Source of the DNA: an uncultured Acidobacteriota bacterium
GTDB taxonomy: Bacteria > Acidobacteriota > Terriglobia > UBA7540
Reading direction: 5' to 3'
Length of the DNA stretch: 64,000 nt
Assembly: GCA_963804995.1 (NCBI GenBank)
Contig: CAWDSK010000009.1
Coordinates: forward strand, 326,168 to 390,167
Below the pieces are notes generated by a model. The model was not told the DNA's origin. It saw only the letters and a list, made by a program, of their open reading frames with translations, and made no database searches. A program made the translations under genes and the position numbers. Below are positions 30,701 to 40,329 of the stretch, piece by piece. Positions within the stretch are counted from its first letter, which is position 1. Each line of letters starts with the position of its first letter.

Positions 30701-31064
30701 GCACGTTGCTTGCGGTGCTGGCCAATTGCAGGTCGAAGCGAACCTCGCGCCGCTGATCGGCATCCAATTTGACCTCTACCGAGGACGCCTTGAATCCCTG
30801 AGCCGTCGCAGTGACCGTGTAGGTTCCCACCGGCAGTAACACCAGCGTAAACTCTCCGCCGGTGCCCGCAGTCTGTCGGCGGGTGAAATTTGTATCCTTT
30901 TCAACGGCCGTCACAGTGGCGCCGGCCACCAACGCGCCACTGGGATCGAAGACGGTCCCTGTGATACTGCCGACTGCCTGCGCTCTGAGGTCGCCGCTGA
31001 AAGAGCAAACGCCAACACAGAATAATAAAGCGATGACTATATTTCGCAATACGTCTCTCTTCAT
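27741..31064 (-). CDS. TonB-dependent receptor, Oar-like
   Basis: ITGTVFDPSGA, LPLNGRD, TKTGTN and RNEFGG motifs; C-terminal PRQLQFGLRFIF. Confidence 0.93.
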   Translation of the reverse strand: MKRDVLRNIVIALLFCVGVCSFSGDLRAQAVGSITGTVFDPSGALVAGATVTAVEKDTNFTRRQTAGTGGEFTLVLLPVGTYTVTATAQGFKASSVEVKLDADQRREVRFDLQLASTASNVQVTATAPVLDTTSGALGGVVQGSQVNLLPLNGRDVSNLVLMLPGIQAENNGTFHFNSTPSGNGNRGTTGAGYLDGMDSTDNELGGGQFTNFNLDAIAEVRVLQNNYSAEYGRGAGLIEEIVTKTGTNQLHGSLFEFVRNDVFDARSFFSTKNPPFRRNEFGGAVGGPVYIPHVYDGRNKTFFFFQEAYLRERQAAPNFLSVPTADERQGLVSIVGTGGVADTLHVPVVPAVSNILNKYPQPNDPSGPYGPRTFLEQFSSPTNRHQYSIRVDEHISEKDSLFFRFSNEDNVLPYRNVGLAILDPTFSAFLRNDWLNSGVSETHTFTPTLLNILEVSFMRTHEESSPRQSDLTQVGFADGALSTWGPYSGGYSLEPLTFIVKDRLSWSKGRHSINLGGEYRKMNASYWGTAGNGGDNGAFKFAQGTLLPVAVPSASGNNDLAIGAPSPNSLVSFMEGASQTYGRTVAYPGFGPAGGGYAPFSLRRANWSGWVQDDFRLTQSLTLNLGIRYEYNGVPWETHGRIATVEDNPASPLFGNYVVNPSPLYRKDYRGLAPRFGFAWKVMPKTVVRGGFGIFTLLPLEQEADQHGFNFPFAGSSTVFNRPFSATPLPLPNTPLTNLIGQVLPPGNGTSSVPVNTPIDLTPDPGMEENGPSTGFHNGYGMSGNFTLERELARDTVLQVGYVMNNAVGLFASEYPNGYDGAMPQYAPLSAVSPNLSEVMVTDNHGHSTYNSLQLSLRKTVPSAGMVFQLSYTYSKAIDNATSVENAGNLANSAQSLNDPTCFRCEKGAASFDAAQRFVANFNYQIPLDRVQSLPKRLRQGWALLGIITANSGFPFTITTPYGTAQYGIDDYNGGDTRPDMLQAPTRNFGGQGPKQQYFSNDVISNWQTYFGVPLVNFNGQTVQTHPGDLGRNTFRGSGYSNADISLMKDTHITERTQMEFRAEFFNILNQHAFSAPGTTLASSGFGVSTGTLLSPRQLQFGLRFIF

Positions 31065-31362
31065 GTGCCCTCCTCTCGTTGGTCTAAATAATCTCCTGAT
31101 GGCGGCTCTACCCCGGTTTAGCCAGGATCAGCAAACTATCCTGAAACTGAACCTGAAGTGCAGCCGTTGGCCCACTGACTTAACCAAGACCGCTATGGCG
31201 ACGTGATTAACCAGCCGAAACCTGTGGCGTTCGAAGCCTTGGAATTGTCCGGCCCCTGCACGGCCCATTGGAACTGCCCGCCTCGACTGCTCCATGGGGG
31301 CCTTGCCACCTTGGATCCGGCAAATCGAACCAAAATGAAAGCAAAAGACCTAAAAAATAGCT

Positions 31363-31404
31363 GCGAACGCTTGCGAATCTATGCCCGTCATATGGGGTTG
31401 TCAA
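31363..31404 (-). promoter_or_regulatory. Promoter with LacI-type operator for the TonB receptor operon
   Basis: TTGACA-N17-TAGATT followed immediately by CGCAAGCGTTCGC. Confidence 0.7.
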
Positions 31405-31556
31405 GGGGAATCTTTCGGAATCGTCCGCAATCATTCGAAACCATCCTGCCGGGACCATGGCTGCCGGGGATACGAGCTATCTTTTGATTGCTGCGTTGTG
31501 AGTGAAATCTATCCCGCCAGACTGAGAGGCCACGATTCCACCCGTCGCGCGCTGCA

Positions 31557-31616
31557 TGAAACCGTTCCAGCAGATTTTCTTTTCCCTTGACCTGGCAAAA
31601 CAACTCCGGCTAGAGT
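31557..31616 (+). promoter_or_regulatory. LacI-like site and promoter for the GH36 gene
   Basis: TGAAACCGTTCCA at 31557, then TTGACC-N18-TAGAGT. Confidence 0.5.
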
Positions 31617-31748
31617 CCCTGCCTGTCGCATCGCGTGACCGCCGAATCCATAGAGCGCGCGATTCCTTGAGCCGCAGCGATCCCGCAGTTTACGCCTATC
31701 TTCGATTCGGCCTTCAAGCGCTAACTTCTCTCGAAGTGAGGCCTTCCC

Positions 31749-33887
31749 ATGGGAAATTTCCTATTCCGCTGTTTTCATTATTTCTTCGTTATTCTCTTTC
31801 TGGGATTAGTGATAGCCGGATGCTCGTGCTCCAAAAGTCCTGAGGCTGTATCGGTCGTCTCACTCACTTCGCAGGCAGAAGGAGTCCGGGTGGAGACCGC
31901 ACGGCTGGCGCTCGAATGCAGCCGCACGTTGCAATTCCGGGTTTTCTTCAAAAAGAACGGGCAATGGATAACCCTCTCTCCGGAGCAAGGCCTGCCTTCC
32001 GGCATCTCCGTTCAGCTCGACAACCAGCCCGCGACTTCCTTTGCATTCTCGAAGGCGCCGTTTCTCCAGAAGGCCGTGTCAACACCCTTCGGACCAGCGG
32101 ACCAGGTCGCGGTGGAGGCCCGGGATTCTGCGAGGACTGCCGGGCTTAGCCTGGATTTGAGCTTCCCCAAAGACTTCCCTGACCTGGTGATTGTTGAGTC
32201 GCACCTGAAGAATTTGCAATCGTCGCGGTCATTCACCATAGGTGAATTCGATCAAGCCGCACTGCGCCTGGCCGCGGGCGCTCCGCGCGACGCGAAAGAC
32301 ATCCTCTTCTGGTCAATGCAAGGTGGAGGCTATGCCTGGGGTAAAGACTATGTGCTGCCCGTGAGCGCCGGGTTCACCCAGGACAATTACACGGGGCCCA
32401 AGGGCGGAGGCAACGGCGGGGGAACCCCCATCGTCGACCTCTGGCGGCCGGAGATGGGAGTCGCCGTGGCTTTGCTCGATCCCAAACCCGCGCTTGCCTG
32501 GGTGCCCGTCAGCGCCAATCCAGAGGGAACGGCCGATGTTAAAGTGGTGACCCGGCCTTCTGCGGAAGTCGCGCCGCGCGCAACTTACACGCCGCCGCCG
32601 GTGATGATCGCCGCGCATCAACTCGACTTCTATGATCCGGTGGCTCGTTATCGAGAGGTCATGGGCCGGCTGGGCGCGCCGGTGGTGCGTGATTTTTTGC
32701 CAGGGGACTTTGCACCCGCCTGGTGCACCTGGGGATTCAAACGCAACTTCACCGTGGCGCAACTCCTGGAAAAACTTCCGCAGATGAAAGCCATGGGGAT
32801 GAAAGATTTCATCCTCGATGACGGGTGGTTCGATCTTTTCGGGAATTGGGAGCCCACTCCCCAGAAGTTTCCGCGGGGTGAGGCTGATATGAAGGCCCTG
32901 ATCGAAAAGGTTCACGCCGCGGGCCTCACCTTTCGCTTGTGGTGGTCACCGGGCTCCGCCGACCCCGGCTCGGAGATCGATCGGGATCATCCGGATTGGT
33001 ACATCCTCGACAAAGCCGGCCATCGCGAGAAGGCAGGCTGGAATGCCTTTTATCTCTGCCCTGCGTACGCCCCGGTTCGAGAATCCAATCGAGGCCTGGT
33101 AACCCGGTTTGTAAAGGATTGGTCGGTTGATGCCTTCAAGCTCGACGGCGACAACCTGAACCACGCGCCGCTGTGCTTCAATCCTGCGCATCACCACGCG
33201 CGGCCGGAGGAATCCTTTGAACAGTGGCCGGTGCTGTACCAGGAGCTTCGCGACACAGCGCGGGCGATTCGCAAAGATTTCAGATTTGAATTCTGCCCGT
33301 GTGGCATCACGCCCACTTTCCAGATGCTCGCCATCTTTGAACAGCCGACGGACTCCGACCCCTATGATTACCAGGTGACAGCTCGGGTGAAGTTCTTGAA
33401 AGCGTTGCTCGGCCCGCATTCTCCGGTGTTGCAGGAATACGTGGGACTGAAAGGGTTTTATGAGCTTCCCTACCTCCACGACCGTCTCAAGGGTCACGTC
33501 GACCTTTATCCGCGCGGGATTGGGACGGGTGAAGTTCCCTCCTCCTTCAGCCCCGTGCTGGCCAAGCCGCATGCGGATTGGAGCGCCATCTATAACGCTC
33601 AGCGTCCTGCCGAGGGCGAATACGTGAACCTCTACGATATTCGTTGGGAGAACCCGGAAGGCCATGCGATTCGCAAGGGCGCTAAGCTCTATTACGGATT
33701 TTTCTCGCAGACCCCGGGGGAATCCTTCAGCGGCACGGTGCAGTTACGAGGGCTTGACAAGCGGTCTTACCACGTCACGGATTACGTCGCCGGTCACGCC
33801 CTGGGAGATGTCACCGGTCCCGCGGCCGAACTTCCCGTGAAGTTCCAGGATAGCCTTCTGCTGGTGGCTGAGCCTTCCGCGCCTTAG
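31749..33887 (+). CDS. GH36-like alpha-galactosidase, probable lipoprotein
   Basis: IAGC lipobox-like; WCTWG, ILDDGWF, KFP and FKLDG motifs. Confidence 0.88.
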   Translation: MGNFLFRCFHYFFVILFLGLVIAGCSCSKSPEAVSVVSLTSQAEGVRVETARLALECSRTLQFRVFFKKNGQWITLSPEQGLPSGISVQLDNQPATSFAFSKAPFLQKAVSTPFGPADQVAVEARDSARTAGLSLDLSFPKDFPDLVIVESHLKNLQSSRSFTIGEFDQAALRLAAGAPRDAKDILFWSMQGGGYAWGKDYVLPVSAGFTQDNYTGPKGGGNGGGTPIVDLWRPEMGVAVALLDPKPALAWVPVSANPEGTADVKVVTRPSAEVAPRATYTPPPVMIAAHQLDFYDPVARYREVMGRLGAPVVRDFLPGDFAPAWCTWGFKRNFTVAQLLEKLPQMKAMGMKDFILDDGWFDLFGNWEPTPQKFPRGEADMKALIEKVHAAGLTFRLWWSPGSADPGSEIDRDHPDWYILDKAGHREKAGWNAFYLCPAYAPVRESNRGLVTRFVKDWSVDAFKLDGDNLNHAPLCFNPAHHHARPEESFEQWPVLYQELRDTARAIRKDFRFEFCPCGITPTFQMLAIFEQPTDSDPYDYQVTARVKFLKALLGPHSPVLQEYVGLKGFYELPYLHDRLKGHVDLYPRGIGTGEVPSSFSPVLAKPHADWSAIYNAQRPAEGEYVNLYDIRWENPEGHAIRKGAKLYYGFFSQTPGESFSGTVQLRGLDKRSYHVTDYVAGHALGDVTGPAAELPVKFQDSLLLVAEPSAP

Positions 33888-33965
33888 CGCTTTTGTAGCG
33901 CGGGTGTCCCCACCCGCGATTGTTCTTCCGAACTGAGCCCTCCGCGCCTTAGTGCGGCAGAGTCT

Positions 33966-34127
33966 CGGGTAGCCACGGTGTCGCCGCGGCGACTTCTTGT
34001 GACCGTGGGCTTTTCCTTCGATTACGAACCAACGGTCAATTCCAAAGACGAATAGGCCGTGGTTGAGTTTCAACGATTTTGCTTTAGAAAAGCCCACGGT
34101 CAGAAAAACGCTGACCGTGGCTACCCG
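33966..34127. repeat. REP doublet (CGGGTAGCCACGGT...ACCGTGGCTACCCG)
   Basis: Terminal inverted repeat with internal hairpins; related units at about 36170-36202 and 36488-36518. Confidence 0.75.
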
Positions 34128-34139
34128 CAGGTGTTTCGC

Positions 34140-36128
34140 TTATTTCACAGCAAAATTATCAAACTCAGTCCGGTTCCAACCGCACCCGACGCCGACCATC
34201 CCCGCGCGATGGGTTGTGTCCTGGACGTTTGCCACAATTTTGCCGTCCAGGGAAGCCTGGATGTTCGTTCCCTTGAAGTTCAGTTCCAGGTGATGCCAGA
34301 TCTTGAGGGGAAAGCGGGCCTGGCCAGAGGCAAGTTTAACGGCGGAGGCTTTGAGTTTCGTGCTCAGCAGGTTCCACCGGCCCTCCTGATCCACTTCGAG
34401 AACGTAAGCGGCCGGAAACCTTGCTTTCTCATCCTTGAAGTAGTCTGCATCATCAATCCTGCCGAGCAATCGAACCTCGCCGGCTTGTTCGAGCTGCGCG
34501 TCAGTGCTGACGGTGTAATCGCCCCAGTCGGCGCTTCCCAATAACGTATAGGGATCAGGCAGGAGCCCCCAGGAAATCGGTTTCTGATTAATGACTTGTT
34601 CGAGGCAACGGCCCCCGCGGGCCAGGCACGGCCGGACTTCGAAGGCGCCATCCTGATCGGCAAAGTAGGGTGGGGACGCGCCCAGGCTGGCCTCGTCAAA
34701 GTTTTCCGTGAAGGGGAAGGGGAAAGGCGCCGAAGGAGCGGGCGTGGCCGTCCCTTTGCCTTGCCCCGACGTTGTCGTAAATGAATACAGTGAGTCGGCG
34801 TCAAGCGTGATGCTGAAGGAGCCGTTCTGGGGTGTCAGGTCCGTCACATGTTCGAAATTCCTGGTCGCGTTGCTTTCCCAGACGTGCACGATGCCCGGGG
34901 ATAGATTCCCGGTCGTGGCAAAAACCACCTTCTGCGGGGCTTTCGCTTCGATGGTCTCCACGATGGTGCTGTAATCGCCGGAGGTGGGAGATTTCAACGT
35001 AACGTAGCTGCCTTGGCCAGCCAGGTACCCGCAGCCACTATCAAGATATCTCCAGCCAGGCCGCGCAAATTGCGTGGTGTGTGCCGTGACCCAGACCGTG
35101 GGCGGGACTTCATAATGTCCCGACCAGGGAGTGTTGGCGCGCATCAACCCGGATCCCGGGGCCGGCAGGTTGTCATAATAGGAGGTGACGGGGCTCCAGA
35201 TCTCCGTGGACGTAATTCGATCCCGGATGTAATTCAAGTTGTAAATCATCGCCAGGGATTCCGCGAAGGGCGACCAGGTTTTGGGCAGGCCCTGGGTGTA
35301 GTAAAAGAACTCGTCCTCAGAAGCCCACAAAGGCTTGCCGCTCGCCCGCGCTGCCTCGGGAGCCGTAGCCTTCTCGAGGACGTTGGGGGCATGAACTCCA
35401 ATCACGCTGACGGCCTCGCGGAATTCAGGATCTGCGGCCACTTCGTCGGCCACCTTTGCCCACGCGAGGTCACAGCACACGATACGGGTGGAAAGGCCGT
35501 TCTTCACCAGAGTCTTTTTGAGTTGCTTGACGTAACTCGCCTGGTACTCTTTCTCGTTCCAGACGCCGGTGTACTGCAACTCCAGGTGGTGCGCGCTCCG
35601 GGCGCCCTGGATAAATTTCACCACGTAGTCGGCCATGTCCTGGGAATACAAGTTGCCGTTACCGATCCAGCCCGGCGCCCCCCAGGCCAGGGAGTCGAGG
35701 ATAATATCCGGGTTGCGATTCTTGGCTTCCTCCATCAGCCACCATTCGTACCCTCGGTTGAAGTTCACATCCTTGGCGCTTCGCATATGGCTGGGTTCGG
35801 CGCCGTCGGTGGAGTTCACGTCGCCGCCAATCTCTACTTTCAACTCTTGGAGCGAGGCGCCGTAGTAGGGTTTGAAGAGGTAGTCAAGAATCTGGTTGCG
35901 GACGGGCTCCGGATAGTCCACCAATAACCGCGTGGAGGCGCCGGCGCTTACCGCACCAATGCCATCGAAGACGCGCCCGGCGCCGTTTCCGTCAATGTTG
36001 ATACGGGTTGTCGGGCCGACGCCCTTCCGAAAAGCGCAATCGGTAAACAGGCTGACGGTCCCCAGCAGGCACAGTACTGTCAACTGTAAGCGACGGTTTC
36101 GTGCGTGGAGAGTGAATGAGCGGAGCAT
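34140..36128 (-). CDS. GH59 galactosylceramidase-like beta-galactosidase
   Basis: FDGIGAVSAG, LKVEIGGD, EPSHM, RGYEWWLM, GVWNE and LWASED motifs. Confidence 0.9.
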   Translation of the reverse strand: MLRSFTLHARNRRLQLTVLCLLGTVSLFTDCAFRKGVGPTTRINIDGNGAGRVFDGIGAVSAGASTRLLVDYPEPVRNQILDYLFKPYYGASLQELKVEIGGDVNSTDGAEPSHMRSAKDVNFNRGYEWWLMEEAKNRNPDIILDSLAWGAPGWIGNGNLYSQDMADYVVKFIQGARSAHHLELQYTGVWNEKEYQASYVKQLKKTLVKNGLSTRIVCCDLAWAKVADEVAADPEFREAVSVIGVHAPNVLEKATAPEAARASGKPLWASEDEFFYYTQGLPKTWSPFAESLAMIYNLNYIRDRITSTEIWSPVTSYYDNLPAPGSGLMRANTPWSGHYEVPPTVWVTAHTTQFARPGWRYLDSGCGYLAGQGSYVTLKSPTSGDYSTIVETIEAKAPQKVVFATTGNLSPGIVHVWESNATRNFEHVTDLTPQNGSFSITLDADSLYSFTTTSGQGKGTATPAPSAPFPFPFTENFDEASLGASPPYFADQDGAFEVRPCLARGGRCLEQVINQKPISWGLLPDPYTLLGSADWGDYTVSTDAQLEQAGEVRLLGRIDDADYFKDEKARFPAAYVLEVDQEGRWNLLSTKLKASAVKLASGQARFPLKIWHHLELNFKGTNIQASLDGKIVANVQDTTHRAGMVGVGCGWNRTEFDNFAVK

Positions 36129-36198
36129 ATAAGCCTCCCTGAAAATCTTTTTTCGATCCATCCAGAACAGCGGGTAGCCGCGGCGACACGGCGGCTAC

Positions 36199-36427
36199 CC
36201 GCTTGTTCAACACCACCGCTATTTCTCCAGGTCAGCACCACCCCGTCGCTCGGCGCGCCACCCCTCCTCATCTGAGGCGGGGAGCTTTAAAGAAGAACTC
36301 CCCTCCTGATTCAGGAGGGGTGGCGCGCTGAGCGACGGGGTGGTTACCGGCAGCGCGGCGGGGACGCGACCTGGTTGCTCAACACAGGATAGAAATTGAA
36401 CTCATAGCCCTCTCCGAGGGGAGAGGG
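36199..36427 (+). repeat. ~230-bp direct repeat, copy 1 (families A+B)
   Basis: Near-identical to 37143-37374. Confidence 0.9.
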
Positions 36428-36475
36428 TGGACCGCCGCCGGCGTTTTCATCAGCCGGGGCGGGACGGGTGAGGGG

Positions 36476-36625
36476 TTACTTCACCACCCACGGTCGCCGA
36501 GGCGACACCGTGGCAACCTGCTGCGCCGATATCACCAGAGGGTGGTCACAAGGCGGGCCAAGGCGTGGGTTGCCCTCCAAGTGCCACACCAGCGCGTGGG
36601 TATCAAGAACGTATTTATGGGCCAT
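36476..36625 (-). pseudogene. Truncated PIN-domain (VapC-like) toxin
   Basis: MAHKYVLDTHALVWHLEGNPRL is a PIN N-terminal motif; the frame runs into repeat DNA and stops at 49 aa. Confidence 0.75.
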
Positions 36626-36842
36626 TCATTTCCCGGTCCTGGGGGCGCCACTCCGCAATCTTGAAATCGTCGTCTGTCGACATTCTTCCGCCTCGGAATT
36701 CTCCATACAGGAGGCGCCGCGATTCGGCTGCGCGCGGCGGCGTGATCAGGGTGTCAACGACGGTCCGGATAAGCCGCAGTCGTTCCTGGGGTGAGAGATC
36801 CTGAATCTCGGCGACAATCCTTTCAACGCTGGTCTGTGCCAT
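36615..36842 (-). CDS. Small antitoxin-like protein
   Basis: 75 aa with LSPQERLRLI; its stop overlaps the start of the PIN fragment. Confidence 0.7.
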   Translation of the reverse strand: MAQTSVERIVAEIQDLSPQERLRLIRTVVDTLITPPRAAESRRLLYGEFRGGRMSTDDDFKIAEWRPQDREMNGP

Positions 36843-37028
36843 GTGCCACCTTCACGCTAACGCGCGGTAACAGCGCTACTCGCTCATTGCCCATCCTACC
36901 CTAATTATCGCGAACGCTCAACATGCGGGACACATCCGTACAAACGCGAAGGCAGGTAGCCATCACCGGCTGGCGCAGACTCCTGCTTTTGGGAGTCTGC
37001 GATCCCGAAGGGACTTCGTCAGTTGAAC

Positions 37029-37127
37029 TCAACGCATCCGATCCCTGCGGAGAATTGACACATCCTGCAAATAGCAGAATCTCCAGCTTGACCACGGCCA
37101 GTCGGCGGGGGCACTCACCAGGCCGCG
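37029..37127 (-). pseudogene. C-terminal fragment of a REP-associated/IS200-like tyrosine transposase (RAYT)
   Basis: Translates RGLVSAPADWPWSSWRFCYL...; followed by the hairpin GCAGACTCC...GGAGTCTGC (about 36975-37000). Confidence 0.65.
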
Positions 37128-37142
37128 CGTCACAGCGGGTAG

Positions 37143-37374
37143 CCGCTTGTTCAACACCACCCCTATTTCTCCAGATCAGCACCACCCCGTCGCTCGGCGC
37201 GCCACCCCTCCTCATCTGAGGCGGGGAGCTTTAAAGAAGAACTCCCCTCCTGATTCAGGAGGGGTGGCGCGCTGAGCGACGGGGTGGTTACCGGCAGCGC
37301 GGCGGAGCCGCGACCTGCTTTTTCAACCACACAGGATAGAAATTGAACTCATAGCCCTCTCCGAGGGGAGAGGG
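37143..37374 (+). repeat. ~230-bp direct repeat, copy 2
   Basis: Near-identical to 36199-36427. Confidence 0.9.
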
Positions 37375-37500
37375 CCATGAATTCACAATCACGGTTGGAT
37401 GACCTGATTCGCAGCCTATCTCAGAGCTGGGGGCGCCCTGCGCCAGCCGACGCATTACCCCAAATCCTTGTTTTCTTAGCACGGATTTGTGATGGTCCGG

Positions 37501-37546
37501 CTTTGAACTTTTGACTTTTGCCTTTTGCACTTTGCCTTTTGACTTG
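37501..37546. repeat. Heptamer repeats (TTTTGCC/TTTTGAC-like)
   Basis: ctttgaacttttgacttttgccttttgcactttgccttttgacttg. Confidence 0.75.
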
Positions 37547-37578
37547 CTTTTGCGCCTCCGCTGCGCCGCGCTACGCCC

Positions 37579-39960
37579 TCATTTCCCAGCCTTTGCAGCG
37601 AATTCCACTTCCCAGTCCACCGCTTCTTTCCGCCCTGGAAAGCTCAGGCTCAACGTATTCCCGCTCAATTCCCGGTGCACGGGAACTTCACTTGACCCTT
37701 TGGCCGCCGCTCCGGCCTTCGCCACGCTCAATCCCTCCGGAACGTTGATGAACAGTGTGTAGGTCTCACCCGGGATACTTTCCGATGAACCGCGCAACTG
37801 GTTTCTGGAGCCGTCCCACTGGAGGTCCGAGATCGAATAGGCGCCGGTGATGTGGCGGGACGTCCCGATCAACTGCGGTCGATTCAACAGGGGATGGATC
37901 AGCAGCACGCGCGTATCATGCGGCCCAATCTCCACCTTCATCCGGTCTTTGAACACCCCCAGTGATTTCTGGTTCCAATAATCGAAGGCAACATAGCGAG
38001 ACGCGGCGCTGAGCCCCAGTTTGTCCGCGAAGGCGAGATCTCTCGTCACCGCCCCGCTCCGCCAGTTGGTCATGCCGACCACGTCGTAGACGCCGGACTT
38101 GGCATTCACCTTCAGATCCAGGATCTCCGGGTAGTTGTGAATATAAAGATCGGGTGTCGTATGCTTGAAAAGGTCCCACAGCGGCATGTCGTTTCCACGG
38201 CTGAAGAGGTCAATGGGAAGAATGGGCATGCTGGGCAACGTCATCTTCAACAGCCTGGTTCGCTCCTCCGGAAGCTCGGGCATAACACTGGAGAGAGAAT
38301 AGACAACGCCGGTCAGCGAAGCGTAGGTGACCAGGGTGCGCGCTTCCGCGAGCGTGGTGCCGAATCCCACCAGGGGGTCCTCGCGCGTGCGGGCGACCTC
38401 AACCACGGAGGGATTCCTTTTCTTCTCGGCTTCCGCAACCGTCATCGGCGGTATCAGCTCAATCCCTTCGCCGGCCATGGTGTAAATGACGATGTGGTTC
38501 AAGAACGCGTTGGCGTTGATGGAACTGAGCATGGCGTAATTTCCCTGCCAACTGCCGTACATATCCTCTCCGGTGAAATAAGACTGGAAGTACCCGATGC
38601 CGTTGAGCGGCGCGCCGGCCGGGCAGCCTTCGATGAATCGTTGGGGGCCAATCGTGTCGCGAATCAGTTTCAGCCGGTTGCGATAGGCAACGACGGGGTC
38701 GATCGACTTGTCGTAGATTTTATCCAGGTCAATCCCCGGGGCGTATTTGGCAATGGCGTGCTCGCCGTCAAACTTGTAGTACTCAAATCCCCAGTCGTCC
38801 AGGGTGGTGAAGATTTTCTTGAGGAGTTCGAGCACCGCGGGGTTCGTGGAGTCGAGGGCGGGCGTGTGGTAATCCAACGGAATGCTGCCGTCCTTCTTGA
38901 AGCGCAAATACCAGTCGGGATGCTCTTCCACCGCACCCGCGTAGGCATTGGGGACGAGCCATATGCCCGGACGCAGGCCTTTGGACTTGATGTAGTCGGT
39001 CAGCCACTTGGGCCCGTGCGGAAACTTCTTCTGGTTCCACTTCTCGATCCAGTAATGTTCGCCGTTCCTGCCCCGGTCGTAGCCGTCATCCAGCACCACG
39101 TACTCGAAACCATAGGGAGTGAGATGAGCGGAGATCCAGTCCACGTTGCGGACGATGTCCTCCTCGCGCACACCCTCGTAACAGCTATCCCAACTGCACC
39201 AGACCATGGGAGGCTTGCGGAAGTAGGTGTCGTCAAACGGGACATAGTAGGGGACGCCCAGAGTCTTCGTGTAATAGTCGGGAACCAGACGGATCAGAGC
39301 GTTCCCCGGCACGGGAATGGTGAGATCGAGCCGGTCGGGGTCCTGACGGCTGCGCTGCATCAGGGTCTGGTCCGGGAAATTGATCGCCGTATCTAGCTTG
39401 CGGTCGAAGAGGCTGTGCAGGTTCGCGCCGGATACCTGCCCCAAGGCGAAGTACATGACCTCCGGGTTTCGACTGGGAAGGGAGGAGGGAGTCCGAACTT
39501 CGCTGCCTCCATAAGTGTTGACGACTTCATCGCTCAAAACCCAATCCACCGGCGCCCCCTGAGGGTCCAACAGGCGGGCCACGATGCGGTCCTTCGAGGC
39601 CGGCGCCTGGGCGGTGAGCGCCGCCTCCGCCGTGGTGCTGGAGAACTTCAAGGTGTTCGGACCTAACTCCACGAGCCAGGCGGTTACGGGGTCGGCGGAT
39701 CGAATCGAAAGCTGATTCTCGCCCTTTTTCGCAACCGACCAGTTCGCGAGCGGACCGAGGCCACGCTCAACCTGGAGATTCAGCCGAACATCCTCCAGCA
39801 CCGTTCCCAGACTCTCGTGCGTAACCGTAAGCTTGCCCTGTTCGCCATCCGCGGTGACCGTCCAGCCGTCATGCGTGACGGAAACTTGATTCCCCGCCTG
39901 CGCCCATCCTGACCCCACGGCCATTAAGATCGAAATGATGATCGAAGCGAATTTGCTCAT
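37579..39960 (-). CDS. GH36/GH27-like alpha-galactosidase, secreted
   Basis: Signal peptide; WCSWD, VLDDGY, KFPHG and YYKFDG motifs. Confidence 0.85.
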   Translation of the reverse strand: MSKFASIIISILMAVGSGWAQAGNQVSVTHDGWTVTADGEQGKLTVTHESLGTVLEDVRLNLQVERGLGPLANWSVAKKGENQLSIRSADPVTAWLVELGPNTLKFSSTTAEAALTAQAPASKDRIVARLLDPQGAPVDWVLSDEVVNTYGGSEVRTPSSLPSRNPEVMYFALGQVSGANLHSLFDRKLDTAINFPDQTLMQRSRQDPDRLDLTIPVPGNALIRLVPDYYTKTLGVPYYVPFDDTYFRKPPMVWCSWDSCYEGVREEDIVRNVDWISAHLTPYGFEYVVLDDGYDRGRNGEHYWIEKWNQKKFPHGPKWLTDYIKSKGLRPGIWLVPNAYAGAVEEHPDWYLRFKKDGSIPLDYHTPALDSTNPAVLELLKKIFTTLDDWGFEYYKFDGEHAIAKYAPGIDLDKIYDKSIDPVVAYRNRLKLIRDTIGPQRFIEGCPAGAPLNGIGYFQSYFTGEDMYGSWQGNYAMLSSINANAFLNHIVIYTMAGEGIELIPPMTVAEAEKKRNPSVVEVARTREDPLVGFGTTLAEARTLVTYASLTGVVYSLSSVMPELPEERTRLLKMTLPSMPILPIDLFSRGNDMPLWDLFKHTTPDLYIHNYPEILDLKVNAKSGVYDVVGMTNWRSGAVTRDLAFADKLGLSAASRYVAFDYWNQKSLGVFKDRMKVEIGPHDTRVLLIHPLLNRPQLIGTSRHITGAYSISDLQWDGSRNQLRGSSESIPGETYTLFINVPEGLSVAKAGAAAKGSSEVPVHRELSGNTLSLSFPGRKEAVDWEVEFAAKAGK

Positions 39961-40116
39961 CGTCCTCTCCCTGTATTGCCAGCCGGTAAATTCCGGGTTT
40001 TTAGCAAGAGTGTGTTTTCCATTTACGCTATTACGAACATAAGTATGATTCGATCGTTGGGTTGCGGCTCATCCGTGCCGCGTTCTCTTTCCGACTCTCC
40101 GGTGGGACTTCAGTGA

Positions 40117-40320
40117 GTTGGCGCGAAAGCCGGAGATGAGAAATGCGACGTCCGGCTCAACGCGGGGCGATGAAGTCGGGCTCGGCATCTCCTGCGCGCC
40201 TACTCTGCCTTTGCCAGCCCACGACTTTTTGTCAATGTGGGACATGTCCCAGATGTTGCTCTCCGCGGGGCATAGCGAGCGAGGTCCCACTAAATTCCCC
40301 AAGTTCATGCGTTTTCTTCC
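40117..40320. repeat. ~200-bp element homologous to 13597-13800
   Basis: Same conserved blocks in the same order and orientation. Confidence 0.75.
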
Positions 40321-40329
40321 CCCTGATTT

